DNA of 49,694 nt from positions 1-49,694 of the forward strand of contig JAYVZM010000411.1 in assembly GCA_043783345.1 (NCBI GenBank), read 5' to 3'. The position numbers and the translations under genes were made by a program. Below the pieces are notes generated by a model, which saw only the letters and a list, made by a program, of their open reading frames with translations, was not told where the DNA came from and searched no databases. Position 1 is the stretch's first letter, and every line of letters starts with the position of its first letter. The DNA is from Verrucomicrobiota bacterium. GTDB taxonomy: Bacteria > Verrucomicrobiota > Verrucomicrobiia > Opitutales > Opitutaceae. Positions 1-9,103 of the stretch are shown piece by piece.

Positions 1-98
1 GGCGCGCGGAATTGCCGGGCGTCTCGGCGAGCGACGGATCGAAGGCCCGCTCAAGGAGGCGGAAATGGTCCTCGGTGGTGAGACGCTCGACGTGGGCG
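1..98. repeat. Terminal direct repeat, copy 1 (circular assembly overlap)
   Basis: 1-98 is identical to 49597-49694 (ggcgcgcggaattgcc...gacgtgggcg). Confidence 0.97.
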
Positions 99-607
99 AG
101 GTCGCCAAAGATCGCCCGCATCTGGTCGCCAAAGCGGCCGAAGGCGGCGCGGTGCTGCGCCAGGGACCGCCGCATGTGTTCGGCCTTGGCTTCGCGGCGG
201 AAGTTGAAAGCTCCTAAGTTAGTAGCTTTGACGGCAACGAACACTATCAGTTCCTCCGCGCGGAGCTGTTGCTTGCGGTGGAGGGCGCGGAACCTGGCGC
301 TGTGGGCGGTCCGGCGGTTCCGGACTGCCGGGAAGGTGGCTTTGGCCGTAACCGCGTCGTAGTGATCGAGGACGCTGACAAAGGGGGCGGTGGGCCGAAA
401 GCGGAACTGGATGCGGTGATCCGGGGGCAGCGCCTGCAGGAGCAAGACGAGTTTGTCGCGTAAGGACTCCTGGACGGACTCGGCCGCTGCGCGGGCGTCC
501 AGGGTGCGGACCCGGAAGCCCTGGGCGAGGGCTCCGTTGACGGAGAGGTCCTCCCAGGCGATTAGATCCTCAATGAGGAAGCCATCAGGTGCGTTCGAGT
601 GGAGCAT
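1..607 (-). CDS. virB4: VirB4-family T4SS ATPase, N-terminal part (spans the circular junction; about 890 aa in total)
   Basis: ATG at 607 opens MLHSNAPDGFLIEDLIAWEDLSVNGALAQGFRV..., with no stop through position 1. It continues in frame via the overlap into the 47531..49582 ORF (...PGNSARQHNADLSILEQLFSSG). The ORF track missed it because of the window edge. Confidence 0.9.
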   Translation of the reverse strand, partial: MLHSNAPDGFLIEDLIAWEDLSVNGALAQGFRVRTLDARAAAESVQESLRDKLVLLLQALPPDHRIQFRFRPTAPFVSVLDHYDAVTAKATFPAVRNRRTAHSARFRALHRKQQLRAEELIVFVAVKATNLGAFNFRREAKAEHMRRSLAQHRAAFGRFGDQMRAIFGDLAHVERLTTEDHFRLLERAFDPSLAETPGNSAR

Positions 608-929
608 TCGCGTAGGGGTGGGGCACTTTGCCGCGGCGGGGGAACTCCTCCTCGGCGCGCATGAGGACCGATTCCTCGACCCAATCCATGAGGTAGCCGG
701 GCGGCTTGCCCTGGATGAGGAAGAGGCACGCGCCGGTGACGCCAGTCGCCGGGCCCGCGGTGACGAAAAGCGCGGGGACCCAAGCAATATGCATCTGCAT
801 GTGAAGCAGGGTCAGCGCCATGGCCGCGACGGTCCACGCGGCCGCAACCGGGAAGAGCGCGGCGCGCTCCAGGCCGAACATTTCCGGCTGGCGTCGGCGC
901 CCGGCAAATGTCTCCCGTGTAGACTTCAC
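585..929 (-). CDS. VirB3/TraL-like small membrane protein
   Basis: 114 aa with two hydrophobic segments and a GKPPGY motif. It lies between the pilin-like gene and virB4 and overlaps the virB4 start. Confidence 0.7.
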   Translation of the reverse strand: MKSTRETFAGRRRQPEMFGLERAALFPVAAAWTVAAMALTLLHMQMHIAWVPALFVTAGPATGVTGACLFLIQGKPPGYLMDWVEESVLMRAEEEFPRRGKVPHPYANAPLERT

Positions 930-931
930 GG

Positions 932-1237
932 TCAGTTGAATTTCGGGTCAACGACCGCGCCACCCATACCGCCGACTGCGAACATTACCGAGACGATCGC
1001 CACAGCGATCGCGCAGAGAAACGCCGAAACAAAGCACCACTTGGACATTTCGGGATTGCGGCCGCGCGAGAAGATCCCGGTGAGGAAGAGCACGATCGCC
1101 GCCATGAACGTAAAAATGACGATGATGCCAATGCCGCTCGAAATGAGGTCCTTGAAGCCCGCGACGGTGGTGACTGCCGCAACGGGGAGTTGCGGGAGGT
1201 GATGGACAGGGAGTAATTTAATGAGTGTAGTATTCAT
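932..1237 (-). CDS. VirB2/TrbC-like conjugative pilin precursor
   Basis: 101 aa: leader plus two long hydrophobic helices separated by a short basic loop (SRGRNPE). First gene of the virB-like operon. Confidence 0.7.
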   Translation of the reverse strand: MNTTLIKLLPVHHLPQLPVAAVTTVAGFKDLISSGIGIIVIFTFMAAIVLFLTGIFSRGRNPEMSKWCFVSAFLCAIAVAIVSVMFAVGGMGGAVVDPKFN

Positions 1238-1256
1238 GATTGGGATTGCGCGATAT

Positions 1257-1285
1257 TAATAACTTAGTATGTTTAACCGAGTCAA
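1257..1285 (-). promoter_or_regulatory. Putative sigma70 promoter of the T4SS operon overlapped by a palindromic operator (TAATAACTTAGTA, 1257-1269)
   Basis: The minus strand reads TTGACT-N18-TATTAA in the AT-rich divergent gap. The operator matches the TACTAA-N-TTAGTA palindrome found elsewhere. Confidence 0.55.
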
Positions 1286-1294
1286 GGCTTCCAT

Positions 1295-1579
1295 ATGCTC
1301 AAAAACAAACACGTATTCAGCTTCCAAACCGATGCAGAGGTCGCCGACAAGGTCGGTCAACTGACCGGGTTTTGCGCGTCAAACGGCTGCCGCGCGTCGG
1401 ACGGTCTTATCATGCGGGCTCTTTTGATGAAGGCAGACTGCGACGATCCCGGGTTCATTGGTTTGGTGCGAGCTCAATTGGACAAGGAGAAGGCCGCGCG
1501 GCGTGCCGCGAACGCGGAAAACGTGGGCAAAGGGGCCGCCGGCCATGGAACTCTACGCCAAAAGGCAAAGCGCCGCTAA
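1295..1579 (+). CDS. Small putative DNA-binding (ribbon-helix-helix-like) regulator
   Basis: 94 aa, divergent from the tra operon. N-terminal beta-like HVFSFQT is followed by helices, and it shares G-x-[RK]-A-x3-L-x2-RAL...D..GF with the ParA partner at 14041..14412. Confidence 0.55.
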   Translation: MLKNKHVFSFQTDAEVADKVGQLTGFCASNGCRASDGLIMRALLMKADCDDPGFIGLVRAQLDKEKAARRAANAENVGKGAAGHGTLRQKAKRR

Positions 1580-2462
1580 CCGGCTCGCGGGCCTGGGGGA
1601 GATCCTGAGCGCGGAAGTGATCGCCCAGGATCACGTCATCGCGCCCGTCGCGGAAATCGTGACCCATGGCGAGCTCGAGCTGTCGAAGAAGAGCAAACCG
1701 CGCGGGTCATTCATGTTTCTTGGGCCCACCGGCGTCGGCAAGACGCAGCTGGCGAAGGCGCTCGCCCGTGCGCTTGGTGGTGACCTGGTGGCGATGGACC
1801 TGTCGGAATTCCAAACGCCGGAGAGCGTGGACGTGTTCCTGGGGCGCGGAGCGAACGAGGACGGGCGATTCGGCGCGGCGATGGCGCGCAGCGCAAATCC
1901 TCGCGTCGTGCTTTTCGATGAATTCGAGAAGGCGTATGCGAAGCTGCTGGACGTCTTCTTGCAGGTCCTCGACGAAGGCCGGTTGACCGTGGCGAGCGGC
2001 CGCGTGTTCGACCTGCGGCCGCTCTACATCGTCCTGACGACGAATCTCGGCGCCGCCGCGGCGGCGCGGATGCGGCACAATTCGGACACCGCGGTCGAAC
2101 GGACCGTCGTGCAATACGCCCGGCAGAACGTGCGGCCGGAATTCTTTGCGCGGGTCGATCACGTCGCGGTTTTCCGGCGGCTCGGTCTTAATGCCCAGGA
2201 GCGGGTTTGCGGCTACCATATCGGGAAGAAGCTGGCGGAGCTCGCGCGTGAGGGTATCGAGCTGACGATCGATGCGAGGGCCGAGCAATTCATCCTGGGC
2301 GATGGGTTTTCGGAAATGGACGGTGCGCGTCCGCTCGAGCGCGCGATCTACAAGCATATCAACCGTCCGATCGTCGCTCATCTGCGGGCTGGCAAGGTGC
2401 TGCGCGGGCATTTGCGAGTGAACGTTGACGGCAGCGGTCTTGAGATACGGGAGCTTGGGTAG
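1545..2462 (+). CDS. Stand-alone ClpA/ClpB-type AAA+ ATPase (second nucleotide-binding domain only)
   Basis: VIAQDHVI, PRGSFMFLGPTGVGKT (Walker A), VVLFDEFEKA (Walker B), LQVLDEGRLT, TTNLG, RPEFFAR, GARPLERAI. Start set at ATG 1545 (305 aa). Confidence 0.88.
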   Translation: MELYAKRQSAANRLAGLGEILSAEVIAQDHVIAPVAEIVTHGELELSKKSKPRGSFMFLGPTGVGKTQLAKALARALGGDLVAMDLSEFQTPESVDVFLGRGANEDGRFGAAMARSANPRVVLFDEFEKAYAKLLDVFLQVLDEGRLTVASGRVFDLRPLYIVLTTNLGAAAAARMRHNSDTAVERTVVQYARQNVRPEFFARVDHVAVFRRLGLNAQERVCGYHIGKKLAELAREGIELTIDARAEQFILGDGFSEMDGARPLERAIYKHINRPIVAHLRAGKVLRGHLRVNVDGSGLEIRELG

Positions 2463-2583
2463 TGGGGTCTTTTGAATCATGGTTTGAAAGAAGCACGTCG
2501 AAGATTGCCCACAGGACGCCCATAAGCATGCTTATAGCACCCCCGGCGAGTGCGCCCAATATCCACCTCTCGATTTTCCCATT

Positions 2584-2958
2584 ATGGACATTCAATCCTT
2601 CCTTGTTGGCATCGGCTTTGGTGGCGTGGTCAGTGCTTGGGCTACCCATCACTTTACTGTTTCGAGAATGGCTATCGCTGACAAAAACGACTTCCGGGGA
2701 TACTTGGGACGATGGATCGGAGCCATGAAACAAATGAACGGGAGCGACGAGCTTCAGATTAGACGCATCTATTTTGAATACGTGCCGCATCTGCCGGGCT
2801 ATGCCGGAAAGCTCGACAAGACATTCGTTTGGCGAGGCCGATTCCGTGCCTTGTGCCGCAGCTTGGGGGACATAAAGGCCGAAGATATAAATTGCCAGAA
2901 TGGCGACTGCCGAATCCTTGTGGCGTCCCGAATCGAGGCACTTATTGATTTTGTCTAG
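2584..2958 (+). CDS. Hypothetical protein with N-terminal membrane anchor
   Basis: 124 aa with a hydrophobic N-terminus (FLVGIGFGGVVSAW). Visibly more AT-rich than the backbone. Confidence 0.55.
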   Translation: MDIQSFLVGIGFGGVVSAWATHHFTVSRMAIADKNDFRGYLGRWIGAMKQMNGSDELQIRRIYFEYVPHLPGYAGKLDKTFVWRGRFRALCRSLGDIKAEDINCQNGDCRILVASRIEALIDFV

Positions 2959-3015
2959 ATTCTCGACTCGGGGCTGCCTGGGCTCGTAGGATCGAAAGTG
3001 AAATCCCACCCCGTT

Positions 3016-3477
3016 ATGAAATTAAACATTCCCGTTGTCGTCGCTATTTTCTGTGCGCTCGTGGTGAGCGCTAGTGCCGGTCGTTCTGAACGGAAAGCCC
3101 AGGCACTGGCCGACTCGGGCAAGCCGGTTGCCGTTAAAGGTGCAACGCCGATCACTGTCGCGGGTGAATACAATGCTACTTTTGACGCGGTGGTGAAGAT
3201 GCTGCAGAAAGCGGATGAATCGGTGGTGCTTGCCGATCGTGATGCCGGCATGATCGCCACCGAAATCGAAATCACGGGCAAGGCGAGGCAGACGGGAACC
3301 CGCACGATCGTGACGTTCATCAAGGAGGCGGAAAAGGAGACGACAGTGAAAGTCGCGGTGACCGTGCAGACACGCTACAAGGTCCTGCAGGTCGAGCCTT
3401 GGAGCGATCCGAAGCTTGATGCGGATCTGACCGCGGCCGCGGTGGCGAAGTTCAAGACCGCTCTCGGCCCCAAATAA
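3016..3477 (+). CDS. Secreted/periplasmic hypothetical protein
   Basis: Signal peptide MKLNIPVVVAIFCALVVSASA, then a helix plus beta-sheet pattern (YNATFDAVVKML...DRDAGMIAT). Confidence 0.7.
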   Translation: MKLNIPVVVAIFCALVVSASAGRSERKAQALADSGKPVAVKGATPITVAGEYNATFDAVVKMLQKADESVVLADRDAGMIATEIEITGKARQTGTRTIVTFIKEAEKETTVKVAVTVQTRYKVLQVEPWSDPKLDADLTAAAVAKFKTALGPK

Positions 3478-3510
3478 TGGGGCTGCGGATTTAGGCGCGT
3501 GGATCCGCTC

Positions 3511-3900
3511 TCAGGTTAGCAGTTCGATTGTGGGAACAGTCCGGCGGAGCACGGTGAGCAGTTTCGGACCCGACCACTCAACGAACGGAACGGACACCAG
3601 GTCGTAGCCGAGTTTCTGAACCACAGTCCGCAGTGAAGAATCTGCGAACGCTGTCAGAAGGTCGTTTTCCTCAAGCCAGAAGACCGGGACGCCCTGGGCG
3701 ACGTGGACCGGGATGTTTTCCTCCATGTGGGCAATGACGGTGGCTACCACGGCCGCGGAGACCATGACCCATTCTTTCTGGCTTTCGAAAACGCAAATTC
3801 GCCCCCGTTGAATTGTGCCGGGCTGCGGGGGCATCCTGGTCCGAGGTTTAACCCGACTGCTTGGTGCTGGTAGCGGCTCGACTGACTTTGCGGTCTTCAA
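3511..3900 (-). CDS. Hypothetical protein
   Basis: 129-aa ORF convergent with the 3016..3477 gene, with a plausible promoter upstream. Start uncertain (TTG). Confidence 0.45.
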   Translation of the reverse strand: MKTAKSVEPLPAPSSRVKPRTRMPPQPGTIQRGRICVFESQKEWVMVSAAVVATVIAHMEENIPVHVAQGVPVFWLEENDLLTAFADSSLRTVVQKLGYDLVSVPFVEWSGPKLLTVLRRTVPTIELLT

Positions 3901-3914
3901 ACGGGAAAATATTC

Positions 3915-3942
3915 GAAACGCACAATATATCTTATGTCTTAT
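3915..3942 (+). other. dif-like XerC/XerD recombination site
   Basis: GAAACGCACAA-TATATC-TTATGTCTTAT versus E. coli dif GGTGCGCATAA-TGTATA-TTATGTTAAAT: 7/11, 4/6 and 8/11 matches with 11-6-11 architecture, intergenic. Confidence 0.55.
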
Positions 3943-3960
3943 ATAGGCCTGCGCTGCATT

Positions 3961-3990
3961 ATGTTACGAAGCATGAAGCCCGGCCGTCAA
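3961..3990 (-). promoter_or_regulatory. Putative sigma70 promoter
   Basis: Minus strand TTGACG-N18-TAACAT upstream of 3511..3900. Confidence 0.4.
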
Positions 3991-4107
3991 GAACGAACGC
4001 GTCAGCCTGGCAATCCATCTGGTTTACACTGCGGACAAGCGGGACGCCGATTCTCCGGCGCCGGCGGGCGCCGTTTTGCGCGGGAGCTCATGGTTTTTTG
4101 CGGATCA

Positions 4108-4374
4108 TTAGAAAGTGTCGGGCACGGCGTGGAATGGTCGCGTGTCCGGAATTTCCTCGGTGTCGGCCGTGATCAAGCGGCCCGCCGGGATCTCGTGCCA
4201 GGCACCGCTTTCGTAGCGACGGAGGTCCGGGAGGCGAAGGATCTCGCACATGCCCACGTCGGCGAATTCAAAGTCGCCCGGGGTTGGTTCGGTGACGCGC
4301 ATCGTCTTCGGTTCACCGTCGGGGTAAACAATCAGATAATTGGTCGCGGGGATGGCTGGCTCAGGATTTGGCAT
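4108..4374 (-). CDS. Small acidic hypothetical protein
   Basis: 88 aa, 22 bp downstream of the coupling protein on the same strand. Confidence 0.55.
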   Translation of the reverse strand: MPNPEPAIPATNYLIVYPDGEPKTMRVTEPTPGDFEFADVGMCEILRLPDLRRYESGAWHEIPAGRLITADTEEIPDTRPFHAVPDTF

Positions 4375-4396
4375 GGGAAGGATTGGAGGTTGAGGC

Positions 4397-5926
4397 TCAC
4401 CAGAACTGCAGGCGGCGCCAGGTATACCAAGGTGGCGTGCCTTTGCCGTCGTCGGTGAGTGGTGGTATCTCCGTTCGGAAAAAGTCGTGGGCGCTGTCGG
4501 TCGCGTGTCGAACGATCGCGTGGAAGTCGCGCAGCCGGCGGCCGAATTCCCATTCGCCGAGGATCGGCTTAACCTTGGGCGCCTTGTTGATCGTGGTCAC
4601 GCCGCGCGTGACGCTGCGGCTGGTCTCCATGATTTCGTGGGCGCCGATCAGGGAAGAAGCGAGCTTGCGGCCTTCGGTTGAGGCGAGGCGGAAAATGACG
4701 TGCGTGCCGAGGTTGGCTTTGAGCACATCGAGCTTGGGCTTCGAATCGAGCGGCGGGAGCGCCGAGGTGTAGCATTGCATCATGAGCCAGACCGCGCAGC
4801 GCGCCGAGCGCATCTTGTCGAGTGTGTTGAAATCCGAGTAGCCGTCCTCGGAGGAAAGGAGGCTGTTATGGCCTTCGTCGAAAAGCCCAAGGTGCATGTT
4901 GAGGTGAGCAAGCGAACCCCCGGTGTTGCGGTCGAAACGGCCGAGGGAATCCCGATAGTAGAGGATCTTCATGAACGCCTGGATGTGCTTGCGCTCGCGA
5001 AGGAATTGCTGGGGGATCGAAACGAGCAACACCTTCGCGTCGTCCATCGCGGTGATGTCGACGGTCGGGTCGGCGGAACAGAAAACCTCCTGGATCTCTT
5101 CCGTGATATAGGGATTGGTGTAGTTCTCGATCGTGCCGCGGATGCCGGAGAATTCTTCCGGCGCCTTCGCGAGATATTGTTTCCAGCCATCGAAGAGCGC
5201 GTTCGCACGATCGCGGTCCGCCGGGTTCGCGAACTCTCGCTCCATCATGAGCGATAGAACCGAATCCATGATGTTGGGAAACTTAATAAATTCGTAGATG
5301 CCGGGGATTGTTGGAACGAGCCCGGCGTGGTGGATGGTCTCCATTGCTTCGGCCATGCGGTCGATCGCCTGCGTTTTGAAATGTGATTGCGATGTTTTCT
5401 GACCCTGCGAGACGGCCGTGTCCACGATGAGCTGAGCGTGGCTTGCCCAGGATATGGAGCGGTCACCGATGAGATTCAACCGCCAGCGCGGCGGCTCGCC
5501 TGGCTGGCCGAACAATCGCGGCCTCAGTGTCACCAGCTTGTCGCTCTTTCCGAGTGCGGCGAAAACGCGCTTGGTGATGATGTGCATGTCACCCTTTTCG
5601 TCGGTGATGATGCCGCCCCAGTCGGGGCGGTTGCGCGTCAGGTCTATCATCATCCGCTTCGCCAGCTCGGTTTTCCCGGTGCCAGGCTGGCCGACAACGA
5701 TGCCGTGGCGGCAAAAATCGTTGTCGTTGAGGTGAACGGGGCCGAAAGAGAACGCGGCGCCCTTCTTGGTCTGCTCCTCGGGCGGTGCGACGATGCTACC
5801 GATCACCGCAAGGATGCCGACGCCAACGGCACAATAGACGAGCGTCGGCGTCTTGAGGAACCACGCAAAGCAGCCGATCGCGGCCGCTACGCCAATGAGC
5901 GCGAGGTTCGGTGTCCGGTCGCTCAT
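4397..5926 (-). CDS. Type IV coupling protein (VirD4/TraD/TrwB family)
   Basis: Two N-terminal TM helices, Walker A GIVVGQPGTGKT, ITDEKGD, Walker B LGLFDEGH, and a K.RSA...Q motif. Adjacent to the relaxase. Confidence 0.88.
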   Translation of the reverse strand: MSDRTPNLALIGVAAAIGCFAWFLKTPTLVYCAVGVGILAVIGSIVAPPEEQTKKGAAFSFGPVHLNDNDFCRHGIVVGQPGTGKTELAKRMMIDLTRNRPDWGGIITDEKGDMHIITKRVFAALGKSDKLVTLRPRLFGQPGEPPRWRLNLIGDRSISWASHAQLIVDTAVSQGQKTSQSHFKTQAIDRMAEAMETIHHAGLVPTIPGIYEFIKFPNIMDSVLSLMMEREFANPADRDRANALFDGWKQYLAKAPEEFSGIRGTIENYTNPYITEEIQEVFCSADPTVDITAMDDAKVLLVSIPQQFLRERKHIQAFMKILYYRDSLGRFDRNTGGSLAHLNMHLGLFDEGHNSLLSSEDGYSDFNTLDKMRSARCAVWLMMQCYTSALPPLDSKPKLDVLKANLGTHVIFRLASTEGRKLASSLIGAHEIMETSRSVTRGVTTINKAPKVKPILGEWEFGRRLRDFHAIVRHATDSAHDFFRTEIPPLTDDGKGTPPWYTWRRLQFW

Positions 5927-6213
5927 CGAGCGGCAACGGGCGAGGCTGCGGAGCGGCGTCCCCTGCCCTTCTTTTTGAGCTTCGCGTCGCGAATAAAGCG
6001 CGCAACGGCGGTTGCTCTGACCTCCATGCCTGCCTTGGTGAACAGCTCGGCGATCTGCGCGCTGTTCGCCTGCTCGGCGAGGAGAGACGCAATTTTTTCG
6101 CGGTAAGGCCAGAGTGGCGAATTCGCGAGCGGGTTGGCGTTCTTTTCCTTCAACTCGGCGAGCGCCTTGTCGAGGACGGATAGGACGGCGGGATTGGGGT
6201 TCGGCGATGACAT
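5923..6213 (-). CDS. Putative relaxosome accessory DNA-binding protein
   Basis: 96 aa from ATG 6213, helical with a basic tail (LWPYREKIASLLAEQANSAQIAELF...VARFIR). Coupled to the T4CP gene (ATGA overlap) and divergent from the relaxase. Confidence 0.6.
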   Translation of the reverse strand: MSSPNPNPAVLSVLDKALAELKEKNANPLANSPLWPYREKIASLLAEQANSAQIAELFTKAGMEVRATAVARFIRDAKLKKKGRGRRSAASPVAAR

Positions 6214-6355
6214 ATCGCCGGAACTAACGCAGCGTAATGCGCTGTCAACGCAACTGCGTGAAGTGCAGGTAGGTAGGATTTTCCTTGCGCAGCAAGGGGT
6301 AAACTGTCCAAAAGATTCGGCAAAACCCCTGGTTTTGCCAGAAGCTTGCTGAATT
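6214..6355. promoter_or_regulatory. Divergent promoter region / candidate oriT
   Basis: Several inverted repeats between the accessory gene and the relaxase: GGCAAAACC-cct-GGTTTTGCC (6319-6339), CCTTGC-gca-GCAAGG (6283-6297), ACGCA-ac-TGCGT. Confidence 0.45.
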
Positions 6356-9103
6356 GTGATAACCCCCACTGCTCAAACCTCGCTTGCCAATGCGAAAAAA
6401 TACTTTCGCGAGCACCTTCGCGTCGGTGACTATTACTCGCAAGACGAGTCGATTGAAGGCGAATGGTTCGGCGAGGGAGCGAAGCGACTCGAGCTGAGCG
6501 GCAAGGTTGCCGAAAAAGATTTCGTGGCGATGTGCCAGGGTAACAATCCGAAGTCGGGGGAACTGCTCACTCAGCGGAAAAATTCGACGAGGAACGAGGA
6601 CGGGAAGAATCTGGCCAACCGTCGGGTGTTCTATGACTTTGTCTTTCGTCCGCCGAAGTCGGTTTCGATTGTCGCGTATCTGTCCGACGAGCGAATCGTG
6701 AAGCTCCATCGGGAGTCGGTGAAGACAGCGCTGCGGTCGCTGGAGAAGTATGCCGAGACGCGGGTGCGTCTGGATGGTGCGTGCACGGATCGTCGCACGG
6801 GAAACATCGTTGCGGCGCTCTTCGAACACGACACCTCGCGTGAGCAAGACCCCCTGCTCCACACGCACGCGGTGGCGTTCAATGCGACTTTCGACGCGGT
6901 GGAGGACCGCTGGAAGGCGCTCCAGTCGCGTGAAATGTTCAAGGCGCTTTCATACGCTGATGCCGTGTATAATCAGGAAATGACGCGCGAGCTAATACGG
7001 CTCGGCTACCGCGTTGACCAGCACGGCAAATCTTGGGAAATCGCCGGCATCAGCCGCGATTTGATCGAACGGTTTTCCAAGCGGCGAGCGCAGATTGAGA
7101 AGCGTGTTGCGGAAGAGATGGCGAAGCCGGGGAACGCCAATGCGGACCGTCACCAGGTGCGCGAGCGCATCGCCCGCGAGGAGCGGAAGCGGAAAATTCG
7201 CGGCGCTGACAAGCAGGCGCTCCGGGCGAAATGGCGGTCGGAACTCGGCGCGGACGGTGCGCGTATGATCGCGGCCGTCAAGCCGGCCGCCCGGGCCGTC
7301 CTGGGCACCCTGCCCCGCGCGGACTACGCGGCCGCGGTCGCCTGGGGCAAGTCCTTCGTTTTCGAGCGCAAGAGCGTGGTCCGCGTTCACGAGCTCATCG
7401 CGGCCGCCGCGCGCCGGATCGTCGGTTTTGATGCGACGATCGAGGAGCTGACCAGGCAGATTTATCGCGCCGGCATCGTGCGCGAAGAGGACGGCGAGCG
7501 CGTCGCCTCGGTGGAAGGCCTCCGGCGCGAGTGGGCGATCGTGGAGCGGGCCAAACATGAGCGCGGCCGTCACCGGCCGCTCGTCGGCGCGCCCGACCTT
7601 TCCGGGTCGTCACTTGACGCCGAGCAGCGCGCGGCCGTCGTGCGTCTGCTGACTTCGCGCGACGGTGTGACGATCTTCCGCGGTGCCGCCGGGACGGGCA
7701 AATCTACCACGCTGCGCGAATTGAATGGTCAGTTGAAAGCTGCCGGCGTGAAGGTTGTCGTCGCCGCGCCGCAGGCGAAGCAGGCGCGCAATCTCGAGTG
7801 CGACGGCCTTCCGGCCGTCACGCTCGCCAAGCTGCTGCAGACCGGCGAACTGCCGCTCGGTGCGGTGGTCCTGGTGGACGAGGCCGGGCAGGTGGGCGGC
7901 CGACAGATGGAAGCCCTTTTCGACCTCGCGCGGCGGCACGCCGCGCGCCTGATTTTGTCGGGTGACACGCGGCAGCATCCGTCCGTTGAGGCTTCGGATG
8001 CCATGCGGGCCTTGGAGAGTTTTGCGGGCGTCACGACCGCAGAAATCCGCAGGGTGCGGCGGCAGGATCCCAAACTCGGCCAGACGGCCGCCGAGCGCGC
8101 GACGATCACGGCTTATCGCGGCGCCGTAGAGGCGGCCGCGGACGGCCAGGCCGTCCCGGCGCTGTCGCTGCTGTTGGCCGCCGGCTGCGTCGAAAATCTC
8201 GCCGGACGGGATCTAATCGCGGCGGCGGCCGCCGAGTATGAACGCCAGCACGCGGCGGGCCTGCGGGTGCTCGCCGTCAGTCAAACGCGCGCGATGGTGC
8301 GGGATCTGAATGCCGCGATTGTGGAGCGCCTCGAGGCGCGCGGCGAAGTGCGCGAGGTGCGCGAGGTCCTCAGTCTCGCGCCGCGCGACGTGCATGTCGC
8401 AGAAAAGGAATTGCCGGAAACCTACACCCCGGGGACAGTGCTCCGCCTCGTGCGGGATTACGGCACGTTGCGCCGCGGGGACCTGGTTAAGGTTGATGGG
8501 ATCAAGGGCGGCTCGCTCCTGGTGCGCGACGTCGACGGCCACGCGCGGCGCGCCTCACTCGCCTATCGCGACCGCTGGGAACTGCTCGAGGAACACACCC
8601 TCCGCGTCGGCATCGGCTCGGTGCTGCAGCTCCGCGCGAACGGCGTGTGCGTCGCCGGCAAAAAGATCGTCAACGGCGAGCTGGTCCGGGTGACCGGCTT
8701 TGAGGACGACGGGACAATCCGGGTGCGCGACCTGGCGGGCGTGGAAAAGCGCCTTGGGCACAGTCAGCGCGTGATGCAGCTCGGCTACGCGGTCACCTCC
8801 TACGGCTCCCAGGGCGAAACGGTGGACGCGATCATCCTGGCGGACGCCGGCGTCGCCGCGGCCACGAACAAGAAGCAGTGGTATGTCTCGATTTCCCGCG
8901 CCCGCCGGCGCATTTCCGTTTTCACTCATGACGCGCGCGAGCTCGCGCAGCGCATCGCCGCCAGCGGCGACCGGATGCTCGCCCTCGAGCTGCCGGCGAA
9001 GCGCGCCATCCAGGTCGCCCGGCGCAGCATCGTGCAACGGATCGTGCGTCGGGTCCGCGTCACCGCCGCAGTCGTCCGTCGCCGCGTCAAAATTTCCGTA
9101 TGA
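6356..9103 (+). CDS. MOBF relaxase-helicase (TrwC/TraI family)
   Basis: N-terminal KYFREHLRVGDYY, YDFVFRPPKSVS, HUH motif FEHDTSREQDPLLHTH and FSKRR. Helicase motifs GAAGTGKS, VDEAGQ, GDTRQH, GYAVTSYGSQGETVD and YVSISRAR. Confidence 0.95.
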   Translation: MITPTAQTSLANAKKYFREHLRVGDYYSQDESIEGEWFGEGAKRLELSGKVAEKDFVAMCQGNNPKSGELLTQRKNSTRNEDGKNLANRRVFYDFVFRPPKSVSIVAYLSDERIVKLHRESVKTALRSLEKYAETRVRLDGACTDRRTGNIVAALFEHDTSREQDPLLHTHAVAFNATFDAVEDRWKALQSREMFKALSYADAVYNQEMTRELIRLGYRVDQHGKSWEIAGISRDLIERFSKRRAQIEKRVAEEMAKPGNANADRHQVRERIAREERKRKIRGADKQALRAKWRSELGADGARMIAAVKPAARAVLGTLPRADYAAAVAWGKSFVFERKSVVRVHELIAAAARRIVGFDATIEELTRQIYRAGIVREEDGERVASVEGLRREWAIVERAKHERGRHRPLVGAPDLSGSSLDAEQRAAVVRLLTSRDGVTIFRGAAGTGKSTTLRELNGQLKAAGVKVVVAAPQAKQARNLECDGLPAVTLAKLLQTGELPLGAVVLVDEAGQVGGRQMEALFDLARRHAARLILSGDTRQHPSVEASDAMRALESFAGVTTAEIRRVRRQDPKLGQTAAERATITAYRGAVEAAADGQAVPALSLLLAAGCVENLAGRDLIAAAAAEYERQHAAGLRVLAVSQTRAMVRDLNAAIVERLEARGEVREVREVLSLAPRDVHVAEKELPETYTPGTVLRLVRDYGTLRRGDLVKVDGIKGGSLLVRDVDGHARRASLAYRDRWELLEEHTLRVGIGSVLQLRANGVCVAGKKIVNGELVRVTGFEDDGTIRVRDLAGVEKRLGHSQRVMQLGYAVTSYGSQGETVDAIILADAGVAAATNKKQWYVSISRARRRISVFTHDARELAQRIAASGDRMLALELPAKRAIQVARRSIVQRIVRRVRVTAAVVRRRVKISV

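Noticed and set aside
1-98. Terminal repeat as a phage DTR or att site
   Set aside because: It lies in the middle of an intact virB4 frame, and no phage or integrase genes are present. It is best explained as assembler overlap.
2359-3009. Minus-strand 216-aa ORF with a TM-like stretch
   Set aside because: It overlaps the Clp ATPase end and the 2584..2958 ORF, so the + strand call is preferred. The strand choice is not certain.
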